Below, piece after piece: positions 62,831-64,000 of a stretch of DNA of 64,000 bases (positions are counted from its first letter, which is position 1; each line of letters opens with the position of its first letter). The DNA comes from Mobula hypostoma. Lineage: Eukaryota. The stretch spans positions 200,014,001 to 200,078,000 of the forward strand of contig NC_086097.1 of NCBI RefSeq assembly GCF_963921235.1, read 5' to 3'. A model generated the notes under the pieces. The model was not told the DNA's origin and did no database searches. It was given only the letters and a program-made list of their open reading frames with translations. The translations under genes and the position numbers were made by a program.

Positions 62831-64000
62831 ACTGCGCTGTGGACCCAAGCTCCATCCTAACCACCTTATGATTGTCAAGAGCCCTGTCTAACTATTGCTT
62901 CTTAAACCTTAAGTTTGCTTCTTTTTTTCTCTAGACTAAATGTTCCACCTCTCTTGTCAACCATGGGTCCTTCATCCTTTCCCTGTCTCAACTGGACAAA
63001 CTTATCCAGAACTCCATGCAAGCAGTCCTTAAATAACCTCTATGCTTCTACTCTGCATTTCCCTAAGAACATCACTTCCCGATATACACCCCCAATCTCA
63101 TACTTGATATCATTGTAAATGAGGAGTAAACGGGGAAAAATTATTTTTAGTAGTTGCAAAGTTGACAACCAATTGCCACAGATGAAGATTAGGAACGTAG
63201 TGCTTGAGGGAGCAGTAGAAACATATTCTATAATGTTTCAACGTGGAATTGGTTAATCATTAGAAAAAGTGATATATCAGTCATGGAGTGATACAGCAGG
63301 GAAACACACCTTTTGGACTACCATGCCCACGCCAACCAAGGTGCCCTCCTGAGCTAGTCCCATCTGCCAGCATTTGGTCCATATTCCTCTAATCCTTTCC
63401 TATCCAAATTTATATTATATATTGTCATTGTACCCAGCTCTATCAATTTCCCTGACAGCTTATTCCATGTACCCAGCACCCTCAGTGTGATGTCCTGCTA
63501 TCTCACATTAAACTAATGCCTTCGAATTTCTGGACATCTCTGCCCTTGGAAAGATCTGTGACCATCCACCATTATTACCTATGCCTCACTGCAGAAAAGA
63601 AGTCGGGAAAGAGAAGGGTGTGACTGATCAGTTTAAAAGATTCGTTGTACAGACAAGGGAGCAAATTACCTCATTTTTTGCTCTATCATTCCATGGTCCT
63701 TAGACATTTGAGAACTCTGCAGGCAAAGACATAGCGGAAGCAAACAGCAGGTTTCAGTATAAAAGAGATGGAGAGATTTCTCAATGCGGAAAATGCATCA
63801 GTGAATATGTTTTTGAAAATAAAAGCAGAAGTGGAGCTGAAGTCCAGATAACATTTAAGAAGCAGTCAGATGCTGCAAATGTCATTCAGAATGGTTGAGC
63901 AGAAATGAGATTAGTTACTCTCTTCATCTGTAATTATGTTTGATTGGGTAATCTTGCAGAAAGTATTTTAAAGCCAGAGCATCCAAGGACAGAAAGCTAA

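Noticed and set aside
1..64000. CRISPR arrays, rRNA or prokaryotic operons
   Set aside because: None seen; the sequence is a eukaryotic intron- and TE-rich locus, and the short repeats are LINE tails or microsatellites.

Overview
Vertebrate genomic DNA, most likely from a cartilaginous fish (shark or ray; inferred from HE1/V-SINE-like elements and the CR1, Rex1/Babar and Penelope repertoire). The only clearly recognisable host gene is the 3' half of KCNQ3 (Kv7.3, M-current potassium channel) on the minus strand. Six coding exons with canonical GT-AG sites and mutually consistent phases lie at 54118-53925, 51872-51773, 40804-40673, 32647-32549, 31443-31359 and 26569-25823 (stop). They end in the ankyrin-G-binding motif and are followed by a probable ~2.3 kb 3' UTR. 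Much of the rest is retrotransposon-derived, often nested: many CR1 LINEs (one with a nearly intact ORF2), Rex1/Babar LINE fragments, Penelope-like elements with decayed hammerhead ribozymes, and tRNA-derived SINEs. Most interesting observations: (1) the CR1 ORF1/ORF2 junction has a U_UUA_AAC slippery heptamer directly before the ORF1 stop, with ORF2 in the -1 frame and no AUG before the endonuclease, suggesting retrovirus-like -1 ribosomal frameshifting in a LINE; (2) two CR1 copies 15 kb apart share the same RT-inactivating deletion but have discordant flanking variants; (3) a candidate 18-nt frame-preserving neural microexon in KCNQ3. All family and orthology calls come from recall of motifs, not database searches, and repeat boundaries are approximate unless stated.
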